This document shows, one piece after another, positions 7,996 to 16,167 of a DNA stretch of 64,000 nt. The position numbers and the translations under genes are program-made. The DNA lies in contig JAJCXZ010000059.1 in NCBI GenBank assembly GCA_029263175.1, positions 17,909-81,908 on the forward strand. Direction: 5' to 3'. Positions within the stretch are counted from its first letter, which is position 1. Each line of letters opens with the position of its first letter. The stretch comes from Acidimicrobiales bacterium (GTDB lineage: Bacteria; Actinomycetota; Acidimicrobiia; Acidimicrobiales; Aldehydirespiratoraceae). Under the pieces are notes generated by a model. The model ran no database searches. It saw only the letters and a program-made list of their open reading frames with translations, and was not told the DNA's origin.

Positions 7996-10014
7996 TCAGT
8001 CCCAAAGAGCCGACAACGCCAGGTCGACCTCGTCGGCGACGCCGACCCCGGCAAGCTGGAGTTCGGACTCCACATCGACCCCTACTGAGGGAGCCGCTGG
8101 TTCGTCGAAGAGCTCCCGCACCGGCTCGATGAAGCGGCTGATCTGGGCGTAGACGTGACGATCGTCGTTGGCGTAGCGGTTCACGTGGAATCGCAGCGGG
8201 AAGTGCACTGACAGCTCGTCCTTGGCCCGGGTGAGCGCCACGTACATGAGGCGGAGTTCTTCGGCGAGGCCGGCTTCATCACCGAGCGCCATCTCCGAGG
8301 GCATGTTGCCGTCGGCGGCGTGAAGAATGTGAACGCTGCGCCATTCGAGCCCTTTCGCCGAATGGATGGTGGACAGGGTGAGCCAGTCGTCGTCGAGATG
8401 GGGTGGACCGGCTTGATCGCTGGTGCGATTGGGTGGGTCAAGGGTGAGCTCGGTGAGAAACCGGCTGCGGCTGACATAGGCCGAAGCGCCGGCCGCGAGC
8501 TGGTCGATGTCGGCGAGACGGGCGGTGGCGTTGTCGTAGCGGGTGGGGAAGACGAGAGCGCAGAACTGTTTGAGGCGGTCGATCTGCGCGCTTGGGTTGA
8601 GGTCGCCGCTGAGGCACGTAGCGAGCGCGTCTCGAAGGTCGGCTGCTTGAGTGTCGGCCGCGGGCGGCACGGCGCCGGCACCGTCGATGAAGCGGGCGAC
8701 GGAGTCGTCGGCCTGATCGTCGATCCCCAACTCGGCCGAGAGGCGGCGCACCGTGGCGGGTCCGACTCCCTCCATCGAGGCGAGAATGCGGTGCCATGCG
8801 AGCTGGTCGGCGGGGTTGTCAAGCACCCGCAGCAGCGCCAGGAGATCCTTCACATGACCGGATTCGAGATATTTCAGGCCGCCGTACTTCACGAACGGAA
8901 TGTCGCGGCGGGTCAGCTCCAACTCCAGCCCGTCGGCATGGTGGCCGGCGCGGAACAGCACAGCTTGATCACGAAGCGAGATGCCCCGTTCGCGAGCATC
9001 GAGAATCGATTCGCAAACGGCTCGGCTCTGGTCGCTCTCGTCGTGGTGGGTGTGAAGGATGGGGGAGACGCCCGACGTGCGGTCGGACCACAGGTGTTTG
9101 GCGAAATGGTCGTTGCTTTGGCCGAGCACACCGTTGGCGACCGCGAGGATCGGCATGGTCGAGCGGTAGTTCTGGTCGAGGGTGACCCGGGTTGCGCCGG
9201 GGAAGTGGTCGGCGAATTCCCACATGTTGGCGACCGTGGCGGCCCGGAAGCCGTAGATGGCTTGTGCATCGTCGCCAACGACGCACAGATCGGTGTCGGG
9301 GCGGCACATGCCGCGCACGATGTCGGCCTGGATCGGATTCGTGTCCTGGTATTCGTCGATCAGCACATGGTCGAAGAGGTCACGCAGTGCACCGCCGACG
9401 GGGCTGACGGTGAGCCCTCGCCAGAACAGCAACATGTCGTCGTAGTCCAGCACATGGTTGGATCGTTTGCGGGCGGTGTAGGCGGTGAAAATCGTCTTGA
9501 GATCGTCGGCGTGGTCGGCGCACCAGGGGTAGTCGGTCTCGAGGACATCGCTGAGCTTGGCCTGGCTGCTCACCATGCGCGAGTAGATACCGGTGACGGT
9601 CTCCTTGCGAGGGAATCGTTTGCCTCGCTCGGCAAACCCCTCCTCGGTGCGAACCATGCCCATCAGGTCGGTGGCATCACCCTGATCGAGCACGGTGAAC
9701 CCGCTCGAGAGGCCGGCCGCCTGGCCGAAATTGCGAAGGATGCGGTTGGCCGTGGAGTGGAAGGTGCCGCCCCAGACCTGTGATGCGGCGCGGCTCGACC
9801 CGGTGGCCGCCACGCGGGCGAGCATCTCGGCCGCGGCGCGGCGGGTGAACGTGAGCAGGAGGACACGATTCGGATCGGCGCCCGCGTCGAGGATGCGGCT
9901 GACGCGGGCGGCGAGGGTCTTTGTCTTGCCGGTGCCTGCCCCCGCAACGATCAGGAGTGGCGAGGCGGTGTGGTCGACGGCGGCTTGTTGTGGAGCATTC
10001 AGAGTATCGAACAT
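7996..10014 (-). CDS. UvrD/PcrA-family ATP-dependent DNA helicase
   Basis: Track ORF with Walker A AGAGTGKTKTL, DEYQDT and later superfamily-1 helicase motifs. The ATG lies inside a LexA-box palindrome. Confidence 0.9.
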   Translation of the reverse strand: MFDTLNAPQQAAVDHTASPLLIVAGAGTGKTKTLAARVSRILDAGADPNRVLLLTFTRRAAAEMLARVAATGSSRAASQVWGGTFHSTANRILRNFGQAAGLSSGFTVLDQGDATDLMGMVRTEEGFAERGKRFPRKETVTGIYSRMVSSQAKLSDVLETDYPWCADHADDLKTIFTAYTARKRSNHVLDYDDMLLFWRGLTVSPVGGALRDLFDHVLIDEYQDTNPIQADIVRGMCRPDTDLCVVGDDAQAIYGFRAATVANMWEFADHFPGATRVTLDQNYRSTMPILAVANGVLGQSNDHFAKHLWSDRTSGVSPILHTHHDESDQSRAVCESILDARERGISLRDQAVLFRAGHHADGLELELTRRDIPFVKYGGLKYLESGHVKDLLALLRVLDNPADQLAWHRILASMEGVGPATVRRLSAELGIDDQADDSVARFIDGAGAVPPAADTQAADLRDALATCLSGDLNPSAQIDRLKQFCALVFPTRYDNATARLADIDQLAAGASAYVSRSRFLTELTLDPPNRTSDQAGPPHLDDDWLTLSTIHSAKGLEWRSVHILHAADGNMPSEMALGDEAGLAEELRLMYVALTRAKDELSVHFPLRFHVNRYANDDRHVYAQISRFIEPVRELFDEPAAPSVGVDVESELQLAGVGVADEVDLALSALWD

Positions 10015-10021
10015 GCGTTCG
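10008..10021. promoter_or_regulatory. LexA (SOS/Cheo-type) box CGAACATGCGTTCG
   Basis: Perfect CGAAC-N4-GTTCG palindrome overlapping the helicase start codon (comp. 10012-10014). Confidence 0.6.
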
Positions 10022-10026
10022 CTACA

Positions 10027-11841
10027 TTAGCAGCCGTGCACAGTCAGCGTCTGGAAGACTTCGGTTTGGTTCCCTCGGGAGTCGATGGCGATGACGCTCA
10101 CCTCTTCGATCGAGGTGCCGGCGAGGAAGCGCCAGGGGCCGAGGGTGCCGGTGTAGCTCGTGCCGGTCGGATCCGTCAGGTCGGGCAGGAGCTCAACCCA
10201 CTCGATTCCCTCTCGCCAGCGGGCCTCGACGGAAACGATCGGGTTCTCGTCGCCGATCGTGGCCCGCACCTCGATCGTGGTCGGTAACTCGAGACCGGCG
10301 GACTGGCAGATCGGATCGTCGATGAAGACCGGGCTCTGAACGGGGTCGGGGAAGAAGATGAAGCTGACGGCGGGGGCGAGCTCGACAGCCGCGGTGAGCG
10401 TGACCGACGCTCCGGAGGCGGTCGGAGACGTGATGACGAGCGTGTCGGTGTAGTCGCCCTCGGGGAGTTGGATCCCGCGGGGAAAGGTGACGGTCACAGC
10501 GCCGCTTTGGCCGACGGGGATGACACCCTTGTTCACCAGGATCGTGAACGGCGTGCCCGCCGTCGTGGTGGCCGTCCACTGGAGCTCCTGGTCTCCGGTA
10601 TTGCTCAGCAGGATCGTGGCTGTGTCGCCATCGGCCCCGAGATCGACCGCGGTGACTGCCACTGTCAGAATTGGTCCGAGTGGTGGTGGTTGCGTGGTCG
10701 TTGTGGTCGTCGTTGTCGTGGTCGTCGTGGTCGTGGTCGTCGTTGTCGTGGTCGTCGTGGTCGTGGTCGTGGTCGTCGTGGTTGTGGTTGTGGTTGGCGG
10801 GGCAGCCGTTGTGGTAGGGGTCGGGACAGTTGTGGTCGGGACAGTTGTGGTCGGGACAGTTGTGGTCGGGGCAGTTGTGGTTGGGACAGTTGTGGTCGGT
10901 GGCGCCTCCACAACTCCAGCGACGACGGTGTCGGGCTCGGGCGGCCCCTGTTGTCCTGTTACCGGGTAGGTCAGGACGCCGATCGTGGCGATGACGGTGA
11001 GGACACCGGACGCGAAGGTCGCCAGGGCGCTGCTTCCGCCGCCATCCGATGGCCCGCCCGAAGCCGCGCCGATGTCGGCGAGAACAGTGCCGCGGACGGC
11101 GATCGGTGCGGCCACCGACGGCATGGCGGCGGCGATGCCTTCCCACCCGATCGCAGCTTTCCTGGTCCGGGTGCACGTGTCGCACTGCTCGACGTGGCGT
11201 GTGACCTGCGATCGGATGGCGAGGGAGAAGGTGCCTTCCCAGCCATCCAACAAGCCGTGCAGTTGTGGGCATTCGCCCCGGCCGACGCGAGCGACGAGGA
11301 GGGATCCGACAGAGGTGGCGAGCCGTTCCTTCATCCGCTTGACCATCACGTAGACGTGTGAGGGCTCGACGTCCATGGCCATGGCGAGGTCGGCGCCGTC
11401 GAGGCCTTCTCGAAGATGGAGTTCGAGGAGCTCCTGATCGCGGGGTTTCAGGGCCACGGCCGCGGACCAGAGCAGGGCGCCGGTCTCGGCAGCCTGCAAA
11501 CCACGCGAGAGATCGGGGAGATCAGCGGCCACGTCGGCCGCCTCGTCGAGAAGCGGTATGGCTGATCGCCGGGTGCGGTCCCGAGCGACGTCGGTGATCG
11601 TCGTGCGGGCGATGGCGAAGAGCCAGGGCCGGAACCGGGTTGGATCGTTCAGGTCGGCGAGGCGTTGGTGGGCGGTGATGAACGTGGTTTGGAGTGCGTC
11701 GGCGGCGTCCGCGTCGTGGCGAAGCCGCGTGTAGGCGAAGGCGTGGATTCGATCGGCGTAGCGGTCGTAGAGATCGGTGAACGCGCTGTTGTCGCCGCCG
11801 ACACTGGCGGCGACGAGTGTCGCATCTGATCTGGGTCTCAC
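10027..11841 (-). CDS. single-chain ECF sigma factor / ZAS anti-sigma domain / TM helix / poly-Thr linker / extracytoplasmic beta-rich domain
   Basis: Track ORF 10027..12345 trimmed to GTG comp. 11839-11841, which is preceded by GGAGGGAGG 7 nt upstream. It has sigma region 2 (FRPWLFAIARTTITD) and region 4 (LKPRDQELLELHLREGL...), then H-x3-C-x2-C (RHVEQCDTC), a TM helix (ALATFASGVLTVIATIGVLTYPV), 34 consecutive Thr and a C-terminal domain of about 230 aa. There are no internal stops. Confidence 0.7.
   Translation of the reverse strand: MRPRSDATLVAASVGGDNSAFTDLYDRYADRIHAFAYTRLRHDADAADALQTTFITAHQRLADLNDPTRFRPWLFAIARTTITDVARDRTRRSAIPLLDEAADVAADLPDLSRGLQAAETGALLWSAAVALKPRDQELLELHLREGLDGADLAMAMDVEPSHVYVMVKRMKERLATSVGSLLVARVGRGECPQLHGLLDGWEGTFSLAIRSQVTRHVEQCDTCTRTRKAAIGWEGIAAAMPSVAAPIAVRGTVLADIGAASGGPSDGGGSSALATFASGVLTVIATIGVLTYPVTGQQGPPEPDTVVAGVVEAPPTTTVPTTTAPTTTVPTTTVPTTTVPTPTTTAAPPTTTTTTTTTTTTTTTTTTTTTTTTTTTTTTTTTTQPPPLGPILTVAVTAVDLGADGDTATILLSNTGDQELQWTATTTAGTPFTILVNKGVIPVGQSGAVTVTFPRGIQLPEGDYTDTLVITSPTASGASVTLTAAVELAPAVSFIFFPDPVQSPVFIDDPICQSAGLELPTTIEVRATIGDENPIVSVEARWREGIEWVELLPDLTDPTGTSYTGTLGPWRFLAGTSIEEVSVIAIDSRGNQTEVFQTLTVHGC
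10693..10794 (-). repeat. 34-codon homopolymeric Thr tract (ACN)34
   Basis: The plus strand reads cgtggtcgttgtggtcgtcgt..., in frame within the sigma/anti-sigma fusion gene. Confidence 0.9.
10821..10895 (-). repeat. 15-bp tandem repeat x5 (tcgggacagttgtgg) encoding (P)TTVPT units
   Basis: Five consecutive near-identical 15-mers start at 10821, 10836, 10851, 10866 and 10881. Confidence 0.9.
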
Positions 11842-12030
11842 GCCGCTGCCTCCCTCCGACTGAGTCGTGTCTGGTCCGAGAGAGAGATCTAGCCCGAGAG
11901 GGAGACAAATGCCAGTGACGCGATCTGCATCGCCAATGCAGCGGCCATGAGCCACAACAGTCGACTCTGGGAGGTCGAGATCGAGTCGATCATGAGGAGG
12001 AACCTTGAAGGACAGAGTCGGGGGCTGGGG

Positions 12031-12193
12031 GACCGGACGGACAGGTGGAGTGACTGATCGAGGCACCGTCATGGCACCGGTCAGCAAGAGCTTCAGTGCG
12101 GGATACCGACGAAGACATTCCGCCGGCAACCGAAGCATTCGCAACCACAGCAGTTCGGGTCGGCATGTCACTCTCTCGTCTGTCCGTCCGGTT
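12031..12193. repeat. 163-bp inverted-repeat-bounded element (MITE-like, or a structured RNA)
   Basis: 12033-12044 (ccggacggacag) is the exact reverse complement of 12180-12191. A second arm, 12048-12054 (gagtgac), pairs with 12167-12173. GCTGGGG direct repeats flank it at 12024-12030 and 12194-12200, each 2 nt from the inverted repeats. It lies in a 437-bp divergent intergenic region. Confidence 0.4.
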
Positions 12194-12278
12194 GCTGGGG
12201 AGACGGTGGAACGATGCAGGATCTGACACCCCACGAGCGAAGTTTTCGGATTTCCTCGTTTCGGGTCAAACTGGACCC

Positions 12279-12515
12279 ATGCTCGAACTCCGCCCTGGCT
12301 GTGAACGATGCGATCGTGACCTGCCGGCCGACTCACCCGATGCACGAATCTGCACGTTTGAGTGCACCTGGTGCGTCGAGTGTGCCGACGGTCCGCTCGC
12401 GGGGATCTGCCCCAACTGTGGCGGGAATCTCGAGCGTCGCCCGGTGCGCCCCGCCAGCTGGCTGGAAAAGGCGCCGCCTTCCACGACCCGGGTCTTCAAC
12501 CCGCCCGCTGCGTGA
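12279..12515 (+). CDS. DUF1272-like zinc-ribbon protein
   Basis: Track ORF 12096..12515 trimmed to ATG 12279 (MLELRPGCERCDRDLPADSPDARICTFECTWCVECADGPLAGICPNCGGNLERRPVRP). It has paired Cys clusters. The stop lies 2 nt before the next start. Confidence 0.7.
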   Translation: MLELRPGCERCDRDLPADSPDARICTFECTWCVECADGPLAGICPNCGGNLERRPVRPASWLEKAPPSTTRVFNPPAA

Positions 12516-12517
12516 CG

Positions 12518-13531
12518 ATGGAGATCATCGACCCCCACGTGCATATCTGGGATCCACGCAAGACGCCGCGAGAGGTCACTCCGGTGGTGAAGGTCTTCGG
12601 TCGCTGGCCGACCTTCGCCGAGAAGCTCCTCCGGAAAGCAACGCCGCAACCACTGGCCGACTTCGTCGGTGATCCGCAGTACGTCATGTCCGCGCACATG
12701 CCCGAGACGTTCCACGCCGACACGGGCGGTCACACCATCGCGGGCTACGTGCACATCGAGGCGGGATGGAAGCAGCGGGGAACCATGGGTCCGGTGGGCG
12801 AGACTCGTTGGCTGGAGATGCTTGCCGATCCGCCCCTCGCCATCGTGGCGAATGCAGACCTTTGCGACGCAGCCGCGCTCGAGGCTCAGCTCGATGCGCA
12901 CGCGATGAGCAGCGGCCGGCTCCGGGGTATCCGCGACATCGTCGCCAGTCATCCCTCCGAATCGGTGCACACCTGGTGCTCGCCCGACGATCGTTTGGCC
13001 ACCGATGAGTTCCGAACCGGCCTTGCCACGCTCGGTGAGCGGCAGCTCTCGTTCGACTTGTGGTGCTACTCGAATCAGCTCAACGATGTGGCGAGGGTGG
13101 CGGGCGATGTCTCGTTCACCCGAATCGTGCTCGATCACATGGGGACACCTGTGGGTCTGGCCCAGAATCCGGGCCTGGTCGACGATTGGTACGAAGGGCT
13201 GGCGGCGGTGGCCGAGAATCCGAATGTGTCGCTCAAGCTGAGCGGGCTCCTGATGCCGATTCTCGGCTTCGGCTTTCACCAGCGCGACACCGCACCCAGC
13301 CGGCAGGAACTCGTCGACGCAATGGCGCCACACATCGCCAAGGGCATCGAGCTCTTCGGGGTCGATCGCTGCATGTTCGCCAGCAACTTCCCGGTGGACA
13401 AGGTGTCGGCGAGCTACTCGGCGCTCTACGACGCGTACATCTCCATTGCCGACGGGCTCGGACTCGGCGCCGAAGCCAACCAGAAACTGTTTGCCGGCAC
13501 GGCCTCGACCTTCTATCGGCTGGGTGCATGA
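12518..13531 (+). CDS. amidohydrolase-2 family metal-dependent hydrolase
   Basis: Track ORF 12362..13531 trimmed to ATG 12518 (MEIIDPHVHIWDPR...). It has the HxH metal motif, and the C-terminus (FASNFPVDK) is typical of the family. Confidence 0.85.
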   Translation: MEIIDPHVHIWDPRKTPREVTPVVKVFGRWPTFAEKLLRKATPQPLADFVGDPQYVMSAHMPETFHADTGGHTIAGYVHIEAGWKQRGTMGPVGETRWLEMLADPPLAIVANADLCDAAALEAQLDAHAMSSGRLRGIRDIVASHPSESVHTWCSPDDRLATDEFRTGLATLGERQLSFDLWCYSNQLNDVARVAGDVSFTRIVLDHMGTPVGLAQNPGLVDDWYEGLAAVAENPNVSLKLSGLLMPILGFGFHQRDTAPSRQELVDAMAPHIAKGIELFGVDRCMFASNFPVDKVSASYSALYDAYISIADGLGLGAEANQKLFAGTASTFYRLGA

Positions 13532-16167
13532 ACAAGGCGCCGACAGGCATTGTCACGTTCCTGTTCACCGACGTCGAGGGATCGACACGCCTGTGGGCGG
13601 CCGACGCTGTGACCACCGCGAGTTCCATCGAGAAGCACGACGGGATCATCAGGGCAGCCATACAGGATCGGGGCGGCCTCGTCTTCGGCTGGGCTGGTGA
13701 CCACTTCCGGGGGGCATTCGAGGATCCCCGAGCGGCTGTTGCCGCCGCCATGGCAGCCCAGAGAGCACTCGCGGACGCGGACTGGGATCGCGGACCGGAG
13801 CTGAAGGTACGCATGGGGCTCCACCGAGGTCGAGCCACGCCTCGCGACGGCGACTACTTCGGCAGCGCCCCCAACACCGCTGCCCGAATCGAATCCCTTG
13901 CCCACGGCGGTCAGGTGCTGATGAGTTCTGCAGTCCGAGACGAGGTCGACGTCGAAGTGCTCGATCTCGGACACCACCGTCTGCGTGATGTTCCCCAGCC
14001 GGTCGGTATTCACCAACTGGGCATCACGGTCCATCGTCCGATCCGCACAGTCGACCCGAGCCTGTCGTCGTTGCCGAATCCCGGCTCGGTGATTCTCGGC
14101 CGCGATGAACTGATCGCGGAGATCCGAGGGTTGCTCGAGACGCAGCCGATGGTGACCGTCACCGGCATGGGTGGAGCGGGGAAGACTCGCCTGGCCGTGG
14201 AGGTTGCCTACCAGGAGCTCCCCGGCCGCAATGACGGCTGCTACTTCGCCGACCTGTCGTCGATCTCCGACGGCAGCGAGGTACCCGCAGCTGTCGCGGA
14301 GGCATTGCGACTCGAGCCCAACATCGGTGGCGGTACCTCGGCGACCCAACAGCTGGTGGAGTACTTGGCCGGGCGAGATGCGCTCCTGGTGCTCGACAAC
14401 TGTGAGCATGTGGTCGAAGCATGTGCTGACCTGGCAGAACGGGTCCTTGCTCGATCCACCGCCACTGCGATTCTCACGACGACGCGTCAGCGTCTCGGCG
14501 TCGCCGGCGAGCGGGTGATCGCGGTGCCGTCCCTCGATGCCGAGCACGACAAATCACCAGCGGTCGAGCTCTTCATCGAACGGGCACTTGCGGTCAACCC
14601 GTTGCTCAAGGCGAGTCGAGCGGAGCGGTCGACGATCGGTGAGATCTGTCGCCGGCTCGACGGCATGCCACTCGCGATCGAGCTGGCTGCCGCCCGTGCC
14701 GCGGTTCTGACCCCCGCCGAGATCCTCGACCGGATGGCCGACCGATTCCGCCTCCTGTCCGGCGGGCGAGGGCGGCATCGCCGCCGGACCCTGCAGGCAA
14801 CCCTCGACTGGAGCTACGACCTGCTCGACGGGGAGGAGCAGGCCTTCTTCCGGTCACTCGGACTCTTCGTCGGTTCGTTCGATCTCGCGGCTGCCCGTGC
14901 CGTCACCGACACGACCGACTACGAGTCGATGGACCTCTTGGAGTCGCTGGTGGCGAAGAACCTGGTGGCGATCGACGAGTCGAGCCTCGGGACTGCTCGC
15001 TATCGACTCCTGGAGTCCGTGCGCATCTACGCTGGTGATCAGCTCGCTCGTCACGACGAAGCAGGGCTCTCCCAGGACGCCTACGTCGAGTATTACCGCA
15101 CCATCGCGTCGACCTCTGACTTCGTCATCGCGGGCGACATGAACCGGGCCCTTCGCCTGCGACCGGATTGGCCGAATGTCGCTGCGACCCTCGAGTACCT
15201 GATCTCGGACGCCGATTTCGACTCGGCCGCCGCCATGGCCTTTGGCTGTCAAGGGATGTGGGAGTCGCAGCTGCCGGCTACGGAAGGCCGCCGCTGGCTC
15301 GAGCTTCTCGTCGACCAGATGCCGCCCGGGCCCGACCGCGACTGGATGATCTTCGGGCTCGTCATGATGTGCATCCTGCTCGACGACTGGACGGTCGCTC
15401 ACAGCCTTCTCCAGCAGGCGTCGAAGACGGCGGCGCCGGCACCTCGGGCCATGGCGGCGGGCACGTTGTCGTTCTTGTTGTGTCGTGTCGACCCCGACGC
15501 GACCCTGCGGCTCGCCCACCTCGGTCGCAGTCTGGTGGCCGAGAATGACCTGGGGACAGAGTTCCTCTACCCGTCGGTGTGGTCTGAGGGAGTGCATTCG
15601 TTGTATGCCGCACGGTTCGATGAGGCCCGCGAACGATTCGAGGCCGCTCACGAGCTGTCGTGCGCGAGCGAGACCCAGACGAACAACTTCGTCATGACCG
15701 GCCTTGCTGTCGCGGCGGCCCAGGTTCTCACCGGCGACCCGGAGGCGGCGCTTCGGAGCCTCGACGCGGCCGACTGGAGCGCCTCCGTGTGGGATTCGTC
15801 TCCGATCGTGCGAGCCCTCGCCCTCATCGATGTCGGACGCTCGGCCGAAGCGGCCGACCTGGTGGTCGGATTCGGCTACGACGCGCTACGCGGCCGTCTG
15901 GCCCGGATGGCCAACGATGCGGTTCTGGGTCTCGCCGCCCTGGCGATCAACCAGGGTGATGTCGAGCACGGGTGGAAGCTGCTGCAACAGGCAGCATCGC
16001 CGCGCACCCCGTTCACGATCGGTTTGGCCGAGGGTCTCGCTGACCGAATCGGACACGGCGAGGCCATGCGTCACATGCATCGGGTGCGCGATGTGCCGCT
16101 GGCCGAGCTCGACGCGACCGAGGCGCTCCGCGAGGAACTGACCCGGCTCAAGGCCGCCCGGTTTTGA
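13528..16167 (+). CDS. class III adenylate/guanylate cyclase fused to a STAND (NB-ARC-like) NTPase and a TPR-like C-terminus
   Basis: Track ORF 13060..16167 trimmed to ATG 13528, an ATGA overlap with the amidohydrolase stop. The cyclase part reads VTFLFTDVEGSTRLW...RMGLHRG...GSAPNTAARIESLAHGGQVLMS. It has P-loop VTGMGGAGKTRLAVEVA and Walker B LLVLDNCEHV, followed by about 450 aa of helical repeats. No HTH was seen. Confidence 0.85.
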   Translation: MNKAPTGIVTFLFTDVEGSTRLWAADAVTTASSIEKHDGIIRAAIQDRGGLVFGWAGDHFRGAFEDPRAAVAAAMAAQRALADADWDRGPELKVRMGLHRGRATPRDGDYFGSAPNTAARIESLAHGGQVLMSSAVRDEVDVEVLDLGHHRLRDVPQPVGIHQLGITVHRPIRTVDPSLSSLPNPGSVILGRDELIAEIRGLLETQPMVTVTGMGGAGKTRLAVEVAYQELPGRNDGCYFADLSSISDGSEVPAAVAEALRLEPNIGGGTSATQQLVEYLAGRDALLVLDNCEHVVEACADLAERVLARSTATAILTTTRQRLGVAGERVIAVPSLDAEHDKSPAVELFIERALAVNPLLKASRAERSTIGEICRRLDGMPLAIELAAARAAVLTPAEILDRMADRFRLLSGGRGRHRRRTLQATLDWSYDLLDGEEQAFFRSLGLFVGSFDLAAARAVTDTTDYESMDLLESLVAKNLVAIDESSLGTARYRLLESVRIYAGDQLARHDEAGLSQDAYVEYYRTIASTSDFVIAGDMNRALRLRPDWPNVAATLEYLISDADFDSAAAMAFGCQGMWESQLPATEGRRWLELLVDQMPPGPDRDWMIFGLVMMCILLDDWTVAHSLLQQASKTAAPAPRAMAAGTLSFLLCRVDPDATLRLAHLGRSLVAENDLGTEFLYPSVWSEGVHSLYAARFDEARERFEAAHELSCASETQTNNFVMTGLAVAAAQVLTGDPEAALRSLDAADWSASVWDSSPIVRALALIDVGRSAEAADLVVGFGYDALRGRLARMANDAVLGLAALAINQGDVEHGWKLLQQAASPRTPFTIGLAEGLADRIGHGEAMRHMHRVRDVPLAELDATEALREELTRLKAARF

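Noticed and set aside
8320-9783. Long antisense ORFs in the track (for example 8320..9783 +, 12266..13333 -, 27453..28721 -, 39082..40134 -, 52658..53974 +, 55058..56968 -)
   Set aside because: Each lies opposite a gene with clear family motifs. Their translations are dominated by Arg, Gly, Ala and Pro and carry no motifs. High G+C suppresses stop codons in non-coding frames.
10693-10895. Tandem repeats considered as a possible CRISPR array or other non-coding repeat array (also 5146-5217, 19165-19257, 38680-38733, 17404-17457)
   Set aside because: The periods are 3, 9, 15 or 18 bp with no spacers. All are in frame inside ORFs, encoding Thr-rich or EEEPVV linkers. No cas genes are present.
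11947-12057. 36-codon ORF (MSHNSRLWEVEIESIMRRNLEGQSRGLGDRTDRWSD) in the 437-bp intergenic gap
   Set aside because: It has no RBS and poor third-position GC compared with real genes here. It also runs into the left arm of the inverted-repeat element.
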